DNA of 64,000 nucleotides from Lytechinus pictus (Eukaryota). The first letter of the stretch is position 1. Each line of letters opens with the position of its first letter. A model generated the notes under the pieces. It did no database searches. It was not told the DNA's origin and was given only the letters and a program-made list of their open reading frames with translations. Shown here piece after piece: positions 1 to 13,019 of this stretch. Location: NCBI RefSeq assembly GCF_037042905.1, contig NC_087245.1:39372001-39436000 (forward strand). The letters are read 5' to 3'. The position numbers and the translations under genes were made by a program.

Positions 1-1274
1 GTGTAATCTTGCACCCTCGGTAGAAAAAAAGGCAACACATTTTTATTTTTATTTGTACCAAGAAATATTCGTTTACACTCTAAACGGTGCATTTTTCACC
101 TTTTAAGGTGCAGAATACCTGACATTAAACAAGGTCAAAATTTGAATTCATTACATGGTTCATCTCTGTGTACCCTATATGGCGCTGGATATCGCTAACT
201 GCATAATTTGAGCCCTCATTAGTATGTACACAAGTCATGTACGTGTAAAATCGCGAAATCTCATAAGAACGACCCATTTCGTCATCTACTATAGAAATTA
301 TATTAATAAAAATACAGTGTTTATTCATCTATATTCATAGAAAAACAAGTAGTATAAATTATGATCTTATGTTAATCATACATCAATTTGATATTTCACA
401 CAATTTCAATACGATACAGTCGTAGAAATACCTGAATCTAGTTTTGAACAGAATTCAACATCTATTACCACATCTCAATGTCAAAGCATTTGTTGTAATA
501 ATTGTAACATAAAACTTAGTATTAGGCAAGTGATACTGTTTTGGGGGGTATGCATCAGGCCCGCGCACCACACAATAATAATTGCGTTCAGTAACTATAT
601 CAGAAGCGCACGGATCTGGCGCTGGTCTGGTGCTGATAAAAGCACCAAAATAGCCCGCGCCATTCAAAAACTTAAAATTTTACGACTTAGCCAGGGACTG
701 GCCCGGATCAGCGAGCTACGGAAAGCGGTATAAAATGGCAAAATAACGGCATGGCTTAGCAAAGTCTCAGTTACAGCTTTAATTTTTTTTTTCTTTTCAT
801 TTTGAAACAAAACCTTTCATGACTGGAGTGTTTGCCAGCCGCTGGGATGAAGATTATTTTGAAAACCGAGAATCCAGCTCCTTCTATGGGTGCACATAGG
901 CACCCCTATATGGGGTGACTCGTACTCGTATGGGGGCAGCAAATGTAATGCACCCCTAGATTTGATAACATGCATGGAGCTAAAAAGGAAAAGAAATAAA
1001 TACTATAATATATTAAAAAGATGTATTATTATGTGACTCTTTACCAATGATATTTGATTAAAACAACAAAATAACGTTACCTGTATATGGCCTACACTCT
1101 AAATTTCAATTTTATCAAAAAATCTTTCCAGATCGGCTGGGAATAATGGCGAGCCGAATTCTGGATATATTCTAATCTTAGGGACTAACTTTCAAATCTC
1201 AAAAGATCTAAAATCAATTGTTTTAGCTTCATATTCAAATCCACAAGGTTTGAATCTAAATCTCACCCCTACGT

Positions 1275-4200
1275 CTAAATACGAGAGTCATACATTTCTT
1301 GATAATAGGGCATGACTGCTTCAACACACTCTTTGATATCTTCAGTCAGATCCTCTAGTTGTGGAAGAGGGCCGGGAGGAAAAAAATGTGTGGTATTAAA
1401 GGAATTCTTGCAGTACATCCGGATAAATTCGAAATCGTTTGGTGGTGTGAACGCGTTTATCCAACTGCTAGTAGTATCCGGACTTCCAGGCCACTTCAGT
1501 AGGTCATCTGTGTAGGGGATTCCAACCGCGGTGCAAAACCGTGGTAACATCGTGATCGGGTCGGATAGCAGATCGTCGCTGTCTAGAACGACCGGGTTCG
1601 GATCGTAATTCTGCTTGACGTGCAACCATAGATCATAGGTCTCCTTGAAGAAGTGTCCAGGCGGTGCGTAAATAGCCGACAGATCGTTCACCATGTGGAA
1701 AGTTTCAGACCTTGTCTTGTTTGGTTCCGAACCCACCTGTTCCGGCTCCGGTTCCAGGTCGAGATCTAACATAATTCTTCGCCAAGATGCGAAGACCTTC
1801 CTCGGATGTCGGAGCAGAAACGCGTATCGATATCCGAGCGATTTTTCGGGTAGGAAATTGTAGCGACCGTCAATGCAGTATGCCATATCCTTTACGAATA
1901 TCACATCTTTATCCGGACTCGGGTTTTCACAAAGATCTTTAATGCAAGGGTATCTAAAATGAGGATAAGAAATCGGTAAGAATAATGAAAAATCATCAAT
2001 TATAAGTGAAAATACGTTGTAAATGTCAGAAAAAAAAAACTTTGAGGAAAGAGGGACAGCAGCTTCATGGAATTCGCATGACATAACACATATCGAGATA
2101 ATTGACAGGTATCCACATCTAAATCTGTATAGGCCTAAATAAAGAAAAAATTGTTGTATTTTTGCTACCTAAAAGTGACTTGAGAGCGATTGGAACACAA
2201 CAAGCACAACATTTTGACTACTTGAACTTAAAATACAAACACATCATTACGGAAAACTCGTCTGGGTTGTTAAAAGATAGTTTGAATTGTCAATGACGAA
2301 GAGCAGTGTGGCAACAGGATATTTTTTTTTATAGGGGGTGGGCATACAAGACGACAAAGAAATTACGTAATACTTATTCTGAGCGTGATACAGTGCCTAT
2401 GCACATTATTAGACGAAAATGTATTTCTAGGGAGGCCAGGTGAGGGGGGGGGAGAATTACTAGCGTATCAAGCATCAACTATTACAAAGAAATGTATGGG
2501 CCCAAGGCCAAAGCATAGTAGCATTGGGCCCTGAAGTGCTTTGTAGGATCTGATGCTGGATACACGCCTGTGGGGGTAACCCCATATTTAGAAATATATT
2601 TTGGACCTGCTTCACGAATCTATATTGTTGCAACAGAGCGCCATACCCTGACTGAATCTCCAACTTGAGAAAGTGGCCATGGGTCCTTACCTTACTCACC
2701 TTGCTAAAAAAAAAAAAACTGTAAGCAGTGGGGGGGGGGGGGAGGGTAACAGTTTTGAAGGGGCACAACATGGTAAAATGTAAAAAAAATCTTAAAAGTT
2801 GCGAGCAAGCACAATAAAATGAGAAGTTTATTTTGTAATAAGTTTTTACATAATCGCGACAAATAATATCACATTTCATCTATTCTCCTTTTGTTTTCTC
2901 ATGTTTATCATTTTTTTTGGTCGTGGAACTTTCGGGGTAAGGGGCGTTTTCCCTCCCTTCTCTCTGTACGCCGGTGATATGAGTTAACTTACTTCATCTT
3001 ATTGAAGTCTGGGGTGCCCTCTTTACCACAGTCTCCACCGCTGATCAAATTCGCAGTCGTCCACCAGTCCGTCGTTTTAACGTCATCGTACGACTTTATC
3101 GAGGACGGGTCGACGTCGATCCCCAAGCTCTTCAACCTATCCACGCAAGAAAAAAAAAATGAAATGATCAAGAAAAAAATCACCCTGGGAGGATTTATTC
3201 AACAATTGTTGTCTTATACACAAACATAACAAAACGTCTCAGAGCAGTGTCTGACTTTAACTGAGTTCCGGTGACTGTCGGATAAAATAAAATTTGAGAA
3301 AACCATCCGACAAGTCCTTTCATTTTTTCAATTCACTTCAATTCAAGTTAATCTCCACAATCTGATGAAAATACAATATCATGAAAAAACATTCAAAATA
3401 TATTAAAAACAAACATGGAGATACAACATAGTGAATACAACATTGTCATCAGAAAGGGATGGGTTGGGACAAAAAAGACCTTTCAAAAAGTGATCGGATC
3501 GACAATATGCCAGAGGACTTCTAGACCCGGTAACCTGCAGAATTTCACAAAACAGTAGTATTTTCCCGGACAACTCATAGAAAAACCAGAAACCGGACAC
3601 TGGTTATAAAGGGAAGTTGTCCAACGATTTAGACAATTAAGTTATCCGATGGAGCATGGACCTATATGCAGAGAAAAGGGTAGGGATGGACGATTAACTC
3701 GAACATTTATTTTTTCCAATGATAGTCACCGTCAATGAGAGCATACAGACCTGTGTTGTGACAATGGCAATTACCATGACTACCAAGGCGTATTCTTATC
3801 ACTTAAAAAAATTCATTGGTCTAAGTAGTTTTGTTGGTTGATGCACTATTTCAGCATGGCTTTCAGTCAACATGTTTCATATCTGGAGCAGCAATCTTGA
3901 GAAGCAGACGATCATTTTGTGATATAAAATATGATATTATTCGATCCGCTCACACATAAAAGACCTCAATAACATTGAGAGAAACACGATCTATACTCGT
4001 TATGGTTAAGTGCCACGTATATCTGTAATATTATGGAGAAACTTGGGAAAATGGAATTATGAAGGCTAAACAAGCAATCGCGAGATTGCCTCTATATTAA
4101 AAAATACAGACATTTCCCCAAATAAAATACATGAAAGTAAGATGACCGAAGGAAAACAAGAACTGCATATTGAATTTCCAGAGCAAGAAAGGGAGCGATG

Positions 4201-5216
4201 GAGCGAAGAGACCGAGCTTATCACAAATAATAATAATATAATCCGCTTTTATATAGCGCTCATTACATCGGAACGACGTCTTTACAGCGATTTTAACATA
4301 ATTAATACCGCGGTCATCGGATCCTGGCATGCCCGCACACAGTGTATGCACTGTCTGTCTGTCTCCACTCCCTGGGGAGCATTCCAACAAGATCGAGTTC
4401 CAAGACCAAATTGGTATAAGCGTACACTGACTTTCGCATCCAACCGGGTACCTATATATTTAACACTTGGATGGAGATTGGCAAAATAACGCTAGGCCGT
4501 TAAGAGATTCGAAAACACGACCCTTTACGAGTCGAGAGACAGAACCACTAATGCAAAGGAGTTAATCTGGTCCCTAATCACTCTCCTCTCAGAGTGAAAT
4601 GAGGGACCAGTCCTAGTGGAATGAGATTTCGATCTTTCAAGAGTGAATTTTTACCTCTTTTTGAATTTTTTACCCTTTCACTCTAAAAAAAAAAAAAAGG
4701 GTAAAAATTCACTCTTTAACGATTGAAGTCTCATTCCATCAGGACTAGTCCCTTGTCTCATTCTGAGAGGAGTGTGATTAGGGACCAGATTAACTCCTTT
4801 GCATTTAGAGAGTACACCACGACGTTTCTAAGATAGTTTCTTTTGGCATTATACGTGTTTTTATCATTATTCTTTAGCGTAACTGCTACCGGTGCCTCGA
4901 TCCTGTATACATCTATGTCTGAAATCATAAAAATGGCTGATAAGAAATATGAATGAATCATAATCGGCACAAACCTATCAGCATATGCCTACAAACGGAA
5001 TAATATGTTATCAATTATTTACCTTTCCAATGCCTCATAACAGAAGTAATAGGGCTCAAAGTACACCTGCGTATTCGGCACAAAACTCAGACATTTGGTC
5101 AAAATTGTCGACGTTGACCTAGGCGTACACCAAAGCATCACTCGAGTCTGGTGCTGGTTGGAATCCGTAGTCGCGGACGAGGTCGACGGTGATTTGGGAG
5201 ACTTTTGATCAGCCAT
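1275..5216 (-). CDS. Three-exon sulfotransferase-like (P-loop fold) protein, ~338 aa; exons 5216-5023, 3136-2993, 1953-1275
   Basis: GT-AG junctions join in frame (194+144+679 = 1017 nt, both introns phase 2): MADQKSP...LWCTPRSTST...EALER|LKSLGIDV...FNKMK|YPCIKDL...VFVKDMAY-like...FLLRHPRKVFASW...VLDSDDLL...stop. PRSTST resembles the PAPS-binding loop and LLRHP..S the 3'-phosphate motif of sulfotransferases. Confidence 0.85.
4225..4548 (-). mobile_element. Degenerate tRNA-derived SINE remnant in intron 1
   Basis: The minus strand has a B-box-like GTTTTCGAATC, a central CCAAGTG..ATAGGTACC motif shared with 58900-59070, and a (TTA)n tail. Confidence 0.45.
4550..4805. mobile_element. Palindromic MITE-like element
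   Basis: AATGCAAAGGAGTTAATCTGGTCCCTAATCAC at the left end is the reverse complement of the right end; the element is a near-complete hairpin. Confidence 0.7.
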
Positions 5217-5803
5217 TTTTTATCCCTTCAAGCCTGACGCAATACACTTAGCACTGCCGCCGGGTATACGGTAAGAACAAATCCCGGGTACATACAACAG
5301 GAGTGCAGTGTTTACACGTGAAACAAATGGGAGCTCGAGGTCAGGAGGCCAAACTGCTCGAGCGCAACAATATACTAGAGACTTATTGTAAAAAAAAAAT
5401 GCAATACTCGAAATAGACCAGTTCGTAGTTACTTCTGGGACAATTTTGGTCAAATGACCTTTCATTTCTTTCATTAAGATAGGTAGATTTCAAAGCAAGA
5501 TATTACGTATGCATCTGCCTTACATAGCTGGATGAAGAAATTGAATAGACCAGGTGACTAGAATAGCACATCAATGAACACTCTATGAAGGTATTTGTTG
5601 CATTTCTACTTTGAATGCATACTAGAGGATGTTGTACAATGTAGGCCTACTTGGCAAACTGTGAAATATACCAATCATTCGTGGACGCATTTTTTTGTGG
5701 ATGTGAATGAAAAACACAATTCAAAAGAATATATGAATAATCAAGACATCGAATTTGGTGCTTATCTCATTAAATTTTAAACCACCATGGGCCCGTTTCT
5801 TAA

Positions 5804-7186
5804 AGGAGAATGAAACCCATGAAACCAGCTGAATCCATATCAAAGAGAAAAATCAAAGAAACATATTGTTGAAAGTTTGAGGAAGATTGAATGAATAATA
5901 AGAAAGTTATGAGCATTTGAATGTCGAGATCACTAATGCCATGTAGATCCTCCCATTGGCAATGCGACCAAGATCTGTGATGTCACACACGTACACAGAG
6001 GCGTCGATCCTGGGGGGCAGGGGGGCGATCGCCCCACCAGTGAAAATATTGGGGGGCAAACATATCGTTTTGCCCCCCCAATAATTCCGCATGTGCAAAA
6101 AATAAAATAAGATTGTAATGTTACACAAAAATCAGCAAGCGAGATTGAAATACACAACTCGTTCTTTAATTAAAATCGTGCTCAAAATGTCCGCTTTTCA
6201 GATTAGAATATAAAATGATTTCAGCTCGCGCTTCGCGCTCGCATCATTTCTGTAGCAAAAACACATACTTTTCATGATTGAATAGGTGAATAGAATGAAC
6301 GTTCCATTTTCAATTCTAAACCTCAAAAGAACTCCCGCTTCGTTTGCAATAATCTTTTGTTGGATATTTATATCTTGTTCTTTATTAAAAACGTCCATTA
6401 AACTCAATTTTTTTTCAGATCGAAATATCAAAATTTTCAGCTCGCGCTTCGCGCTCGCATCTATTGTTTTTTAGATACCCATCTTAGCTATTGGTACCAA
6501 AATGCTTAGAATATCAAGCTTTCAGGTCAGAATATAAAGAAATTTCAGCTCGCGCTTCGCGCTCGCATTAATTTGTTGGTGAGATATGTGCCGGAAATGT
6601 GTCTCCATCTCATGAGTCATATATATATACACGCCACTCAGCTTATTATTTCTAACATGCAAGGATGTTTTCATTGTTTCACAGCTACCACTCACCACAT
6701 GTATATATATATATATAATTCGAAAGTTGATTCATGATTTTGCCCCCCCCCCCAATCTGAAAAATGGATCGACGCCCCTGCACGTACAACTCCCTCATTA
6801 CTTTAGTACTTATTTCACTTATATTCTCACTTTTATAGAATCTATCACAAGGTGAGGTGTTCTTTTTATGAGAGGACAAGCTAGTACAGACTGGTTTCAC
6901 AACATTATATCATTGATGAATCGTTTGTCATATGATTAGAATGAGCAAAAAGAGATGTTTTGGGGTATATTTTCAGTGTCCAAAAGGGGAGAGTTGTTCA
7001 TCTGTGACATCATAGATCTTGGTCGCATTGCCAAAGGGAGGATCTCCATAGCATTAGTGATCTCGACATTCAAATGCTCATAACTTTTCTATTGCTAGTC
7101 CTATTTTACTCAAACTTTTGTTGATCTTATTCTCTGAATTTTCTGCTTTCACAAAAGCTAACTTGCTCCAAGAGTTTCATTCTCCT
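5804..7186. mobile_element. Kolobok-like MITE (TTAA TSD) interrupted by a hAT MITE
   Basis: TTAA|AGGAGAATGAAAC...GTTTCATTCTCCT|TTAA; an uninterrupted 584-bp copy lies at 57310-57893. Confidence 0.8.
5996..6780. mobile_element. hAT-like MITE
   Basis: TIRs CAGAGGCGTCGATCC / GGATCGACGCCCCTG; 8-bp TSD CACGTACA at 5988-5995 and 6781-6788; internal GCTCGCGCTTCGCGCTCGC repeats. Confidence 0.85.
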
Positions 7187-9940
7187 TTAACACCTGGACA
7201 AGTTAGTCATATCTTTATCCACCAACCACGGAGTTAGTTTCAATCTTACTAAACCCGTTTCACGAAAGGCTTCCTAACTAGAATACCTTGATATCGATAC
7301 TATCGGTTGAAAGAGCAGACGAGACGTAGCCTTAGTCACAAAATAGCATAGTTTTTTAAAAGTAAAAATATGATAAAACTGCAATTATTGTGATTAATTT
7401 GGAAATACATTTAATCAAAATAATAGCAGAGGCGAAATATGTACCATGCATACTTAAACCATGAAGACTGGAGCATTCATTTGCTGAGAAAATCAAATTA
7501 TGAATAATTCATTTCATGACTAAAAACTTACATGTGGACATTGAGATGGGTATCCCCGGGATAGTAAATTTTGATAGTTTACGAAAGTAAACCACAGTTG
7601 TTTTCTTTGTAAAATAATGATAATTATACGTTTATTAATGGTTCCAAACATCATCAAAATATAGTTTAACATAAATTTTAAATGTTTACATACCGAAACC
7701 CACGATTTGACAATTTTTTGCATAAATTAGAGATAGCATTTATCAAAAATTTTGATAAGTGTCTGAAAACGACGAATACGAGTCCAGTTATGGATGGCCT
7801 GACGTGGTAGAATCTTTATCGATTCAATTATTTTACTATTTCAAAATGAATGGTTTTGTTGCGTTTGACCAACAGTTTTTATAGTTTCTGTGCATTACAA
7901 AAATTATTGAATGATCTATCACACCTGTTTTGTAATGTAATTTCAACTTCTATGAATGATTACGTAAGATTATAATTTTCAAATTTCGAGGCACTTTTGC
8001 ATGTCATAGTCTACCCACGTGATGCCACTACGTCATTAAGAAAGAAGTTATGACAGGTTCGGAGGTGTCATAAATATTTAGTCAGGTTGTTGTCCCCGAT
8101 CTTGGCAAAGAGGGCTTCGTGAAAAAAAAAAAACGGTTAGCGGACAAGTAGCTCACTATCTTCGATTTAGTCAAGAAGTTAGACTTATGACGGTGTTGAG
8201 AAACGGGCCCCTGGTCACTTTAGTACAAATGACCTTCCTCTGATCATGCGCAGAATCTTCTGATCATGCGCAGAGTGGAACTACGAACTGGCTTAAGAGA
8301 AAAGTCTGTGCACTGTGATTGAATAAGGATTCAGATGCTTCCAACATACATAGATGAAAACTAGAAATTTGACGTGTCCAAAGGATACAGATGCCCCCGC
8401 TTAACGCGATCAGAAATTCATTCAATATGATTGAACTTAATATCGTGCAGAAACCAATATGCATACATATAATGAACAAATTTAGACCTTTGAACCAACT
8501 CGCATATATAATAATGAGCTGTGACCTTTGACCTGCGGACTACGAATTCGAACTAAGCCTGTATTTTGGTGTCATCTACCTACACACCAAAAATTTAAAA
8601 AATCCATTAAATATTTTTCGAGTTATTGCGCGGAAACCAAGGGGCCCGGGGACGGACGGACGGACAGGGCAACTGCCCCCTCCGGCATGTCCGGACTTTG
8701 TCTGCAAGGGCATATAAAAAACCCAATGACGCATAGTTATTTATGGCGGTCATAACAGGAGGCTTCCAAATATAATACGCATTTTTCAATGGATAATGCA
8801 ATAAACGATTCACGTCCGTCGCTATGTCAGAGCATCAATTATTTTTGTTGAACATTATGCTACCTGGCTACTGGAAAGATATAACCAAACCAAATTGATA
8901 TGTCGCTCCAATGGCTATTTTCAATCAATAATACATGGTGGGTCGATGTGGTTCGGGGGGGGGGCATAATCTTCTGGGGGTCGAGGTGTTAAGCTTATAT
9001 TAAATCTCATCTAGAAATTTGGCCAATACAAGTGCAATTGCATATTATCTACCAAAATTGTAGGCTATAATGGTGAAAAAACGGGATATCACTACCGTCA
9101 ATCTCACAATGTAAGATAGGAAAAGTCATTGGATATAATAATTATAGCAGAATAATAATATCTTCTCTTTTTTTTGTAAGACAGTTGAGAGACATTCGTC
9201 GTCATCGGCATCCGTTCGTCTCGAAAGACGATGGTGTCGCGCCTGGTGTTAAGTTTTCTACAGTTCTAGAGTGGCTGTCGAGCCTCACTTTATAGAGTCC
9301 GAGTCTCAATAAGCATGTTCACGGTTGTAAACTGCGCACGAGCAGAAAAAGGTCATTGGAGACAACCATGAAGGTGGCTTTCAAATTCACTGACATAGGC
9401 ATTTGTGATTTGATGATTATTCATGTATTCCTTTCAAAATATTTATCACATCCAAGCTGAAGAGTAATAAATAGAGCCTTCATAATCACTGGTATTTGAC
9501 AGTAGCCTAAACAATAGTCAAATGTGCCAAAGGCAGATCGACAATAAAACAGATTTCCAAACTTTATCCCTGATGTAGTATTCTAGTCACCTGGTCTATA
9601 CAATGCCTTTTGTTCTTAGAATTTGAATACTCTACCGGTAAAGCTTACGCAACATCTACATTTGAAAATGATAGTGCTTATCCTAATGAAAAATCACAAA
9701 AGTCATTTGAGAAAAGTTGATCATGAGCTAACCGTGAACTGGCTTATAGAGCAATAATCGTGGTAATTTGCCATGATCGAGGTTATTTTGTTCCAGGATA
9801 AAATTAACAAGCCAAGAAAAAAAAAAAACTTCACTTGCGTCCCCATGACATATTCCCCTAAACAATAATTTTGGTGCATCTCAAGGAGGGGGGGGGGGGG
9901 GGCGGGGCGGATATGCCCCTACCTGGTTCCTACACTGGCA

Positions 9941-10360
9941 ATAAGCCAATTCGGAGTTCCATTCTGCGCATGGTCAGAAGAAGGTCATTTGTCATGTTTG
10001 TACTAAAGTGATACATGGTGGTTTCATATTCAATGAGATAAGCACTGAATTTAATGTCTTGATTATTCATATATATTCTTTTGAATTTTTTATTTTGAAT
10101 TAGCTCCACAAAAAACAACACTCTGGCGACGGGTATTTCACAGTTGGCCAAGTATTTCAAATTTGTTATAACGACATGCTTATGCATTCAAAGTAGAAAA
10201 AAAAATTGCCTTCATAGAGTGTTTGGTGTGTTATTCTAGGTCTATTTAATTTCTGCATCCAGCAATGTACATGCTCACATAATATCTTGCTTTGAAATCT
10301 GCTTATAATACAGAATTAAAGGAATAAAAAGTCATTTGACCGAAATCCGAACTGGTCTAT
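9941..10360. mobile_element. Short non-autonomous DNA element related to 5413-8295
   Basis: Imperfect inverted ends CCAATTCGGA / TCCGAACTGG and internal similarity to 5413-5788. Confidence 0.5.
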
Positions 10361-10808
10361 TTATACAGATGGAAAGGGATGGCGCTGTGACGGATGCTGA
10401 TAAAGATGCTGTTCTTGCCATCTTCCTATACTCTCTTTGGCCTAAAAAATACAGTTTCCGCCGTATTGACACCTACATTAACATGGTGTACGGTGAGCTA
10501 TATGTGATGAGTCTCGTCCAATCCGAAGACAATTTAACTCCTTTTCAAAGAAACTGTCCCGGGTCTCGGCAAAGTTTTTTTAACAATAACTTCTTATCCA
10601 ATTTGTTCTTATCCAATTTCATACCAGCCCGCCCCCCCTCACTATGACACCAGTAACGGAATGAACCAAAAATATTAAAGGGCCATAGGCCTACATGACG
10701 GATGAGGTCAAATGTTCTTTCCTTTAATAAGTTTACTCCTTGGCGTTTTGTCAAATTCTGGCTGAGAGGTTGTAATTTTAGAAAACAAAAAAACGGTGAC
10801 CAAAATTC

Positions 10809-10847
10809 TGCCGAGACCCGGGACAGTTCATATCTTTGTATGATTTT

Positions 10848-10898
<51 letters not shown>

Positions 10899-10903
10899 TC
10901 GGC
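10809..10903 (-). tRNA. trnF-GAA: tRNA-Phe(GAA) with 22-nt T-loop insertion (58/59)
   Basis: Perfect cloverleaf exons; insert AATCATACAAAGATATGAACTG; T-runs downstream. Confidence 0.85.
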
Positions 10904-11246
10904 ATCTGGAAACTTCCTGTAAACCTATATGGATTATCAGGGAGGCTTTCTATTCAGGGTTCAGGACATGAATGGGAGGTTTTGATGATGTCGTTCCAAT
11001 AAATCTTCTCCATAAACCTTAAACAATAAAGCTTTATTCAGCACCTCCCCTTCCCCTTCCTGCTGCGGACGCACAGACATGACTTGTCTGAATTGGAAGC
11101 TCGGGCTGAGATGTCCAAACTGCATGCCCGGGTGACGTGCAACAATATACTGGAGTCTCGTACTGTGCAAATCCGATACCTTGTTATCTTGAATAAAAAG
11201 CCTCCTTGATAATTCATAGTCTGATAGTTGATTACAGTTATCAGAC

Positions 11247-11251
11247 GCCGA

Positions 11252-11302
<51 letters not shown>

Positions 11303-11341
11303 AAAACCATACGAAGTTATGAACTGTCCCGGGTCTCGGCA
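11247..11341 (+). tRNA. trnF-GAA: tRNA-Phe(GAA) with 22-nt T-loop insertion (11305-11326)
   Basis: GCCGAGATAGCTCAGTTGGGAGAGCGTCAGACTGAAGATCTGAAGGTCCCTGGTTCAA[AACCATACGAAGTTATGAACTG]TCCCGGGTCTCGGCA, then T4 and T6 runs; divergent from 10809-10903. Confidence 0.85.
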
Positions 11342-11961
11342 GAACTTTTGTCACCATTTTTATTGTCTAAAATCACCATCTCTCAGCCAATTAGGGAGCG
11401 TTTTATCAAACATTTTCGACCCACAAGTTGTCGGATCTGAATTTGATCGACTGAGAAGCACTGTTGCTATGGAAACTGACCGATAAGTCCTTCCGTGAAA
11501 CGCTCCCCAGTATTTCACCAAACGCCATGACGAAGGACAATTTCTAAGAAAAGGATTGTCTTTCACTACAGATCATTACACTTATATGATTTTTTTTTAC
11601 ATTTATAAAAGTTTGTATATCGAATGGGAATATGGAAATTAAAATACCAAAATAGACGAGTTTATTTACTTTGAAAATCGTTAGTTAGATATACAACATC
11701 ACCCCCAATCATACACTCGTTGGCGTCGTGGGCCGATCGAAGGGGCACCTTTTCGTTTGCTTTGCTTTGCTTTGTTTTATTTTTGTGTTGAATGGATGTA
11801 ACAAAGCAAGTAGACTACTTTGGGAAAGGAGGGGGGGGGGGGTTAAACTTATCTTAAAAAAACAGATATATAGAATAGCTTGATTTCATTGCCATACTCA
11901 TCACCACACCCCCATCCATCCTAGATAAGAAGCCTCCACAATAATTTGTAGATGTATCTAT

Positions 11962-12580
11962 GGCCCGTATTCTGATAGCAGGTTAAACTTAAACTCAGGT
12001 TTAAAGTTATGGTTTAATTATGGATAGCCAATTGTTACATAAAACACTAAGGCCCGTATTCTGAAGTCGGGTTTAACTTAAACTCAGGTTTAAAGTTGTG
12101 GTTTAAGTATGGGAAGCCAAAAGTATCAAAATTTGTTTCTTATGTTTACTGTGCTCTTTCCTGATTCATCGATGGTGAAGACAATAATCTATTTATACTT
12201 CCTAGATAATTATGAATGATTTGAGAGCCAAATGAGCTGAAATATGATATCTCTTTGTTAGTGTTTTATGTAACAATTGGCTATCCATAATTAAACGATA
12301 ACTTTAAACCTGAGTTTAAGTTAAACCTGCTATCAGAATACGGGCCTAACAATAGAGATATCATATTTCAGCTCATTTGGCTCTCAAATCATTCATAATT
12401 GTATAGGAAGTATAAATAGATGATTGTCTTCACCATCGATAAATCAGGAAAGAGCACAGTAAATATAAGAAACATACAACTTAATAAAAATTTTGATACT
12501 TTTGGCTTCCCATACTTAAACCACAACTTTAAATGGCCCGTATTCTGAAGTCGGGTTTAACTTAAACTCAGGTTTAAGTG
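11962..12580. mobile_element. Nest of Harbinger-like MITEs; inner copy 12051-12346 inserted in reverse into a sister copy
   Basis: TIR GGCCCGTATTCTGA; the inner copy is flanked by a TAA duplication; a third partial end starts at 12535. Confidence 0.75.
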
Positions 12581-13019
12581 TGGACCAATATAGATTTCAG
12601 GCTGGTGTGGAATTAACACCGGCGTTTTTGCAGTGTACTAAATATTAAGTGTTCTCCTGTAAGGAGGGGTTCTATATATGATTTGCAAAGCGTATACTAA
12701 AAAAATCTATAAGCAACTTTCTCGTTAAAAAGTGTAACTTTACAATAATACAACCTTACAAACCTATTTATATAGCTGCAAAGGAATGTTAATAGAAAGC
12801 ATCCTTGAGTTTTTGTGCATATGTTTGGAAGCTGAAAAGGGGTACAAATAAACAGAAGAGAGAAGAATCAGTAGAAGGGGCTAGATGTAGAAGGAAATAA
12901 AAGGGAAAGTGAAAGAAAGGAGAGAAGTGAAGAATAAAATGAGCTCCAAAGTAGACAAGATGAGCAAGAGAGACTGGATAAAAATATGCAAGTATATAAT
13001 AAAAGGAGGCATTCCTTAA

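Larger units (their letters stand above)
5413..8295. mobile_element. Non-autonomous DNA element expanded by nested insertions; short relative in opposite orientation at ~9941-10360
   Basis: Ends CCAGTTCGTAGTT / AACTACGAACTGG are inverted. Segments 5413-5788 and 8212-8295 match the reverse complement of 9941-10360. Confidence 0.55.

Noticed and set aside
1954..2084. N-terminus of the 269-aa ORF as a real start
   Set aside because: Intronic read-through upstream of the acceptor at 1953.
10551..10571. Isolated tRNA 3' piece as half of a split or trans-spliced tRNA
   Set aside because: It has no promoter or complementary leader, and its downstream flank matches that of the copy at 25723, so it is a truncated duplicate.
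11305..11326. Spliceosomal or canonical 37/38 intron
   Set aside because: The insert has no GT-AG ends, is far too short for a spliceosomal intron, and the anticodon loop is uninterrupted.
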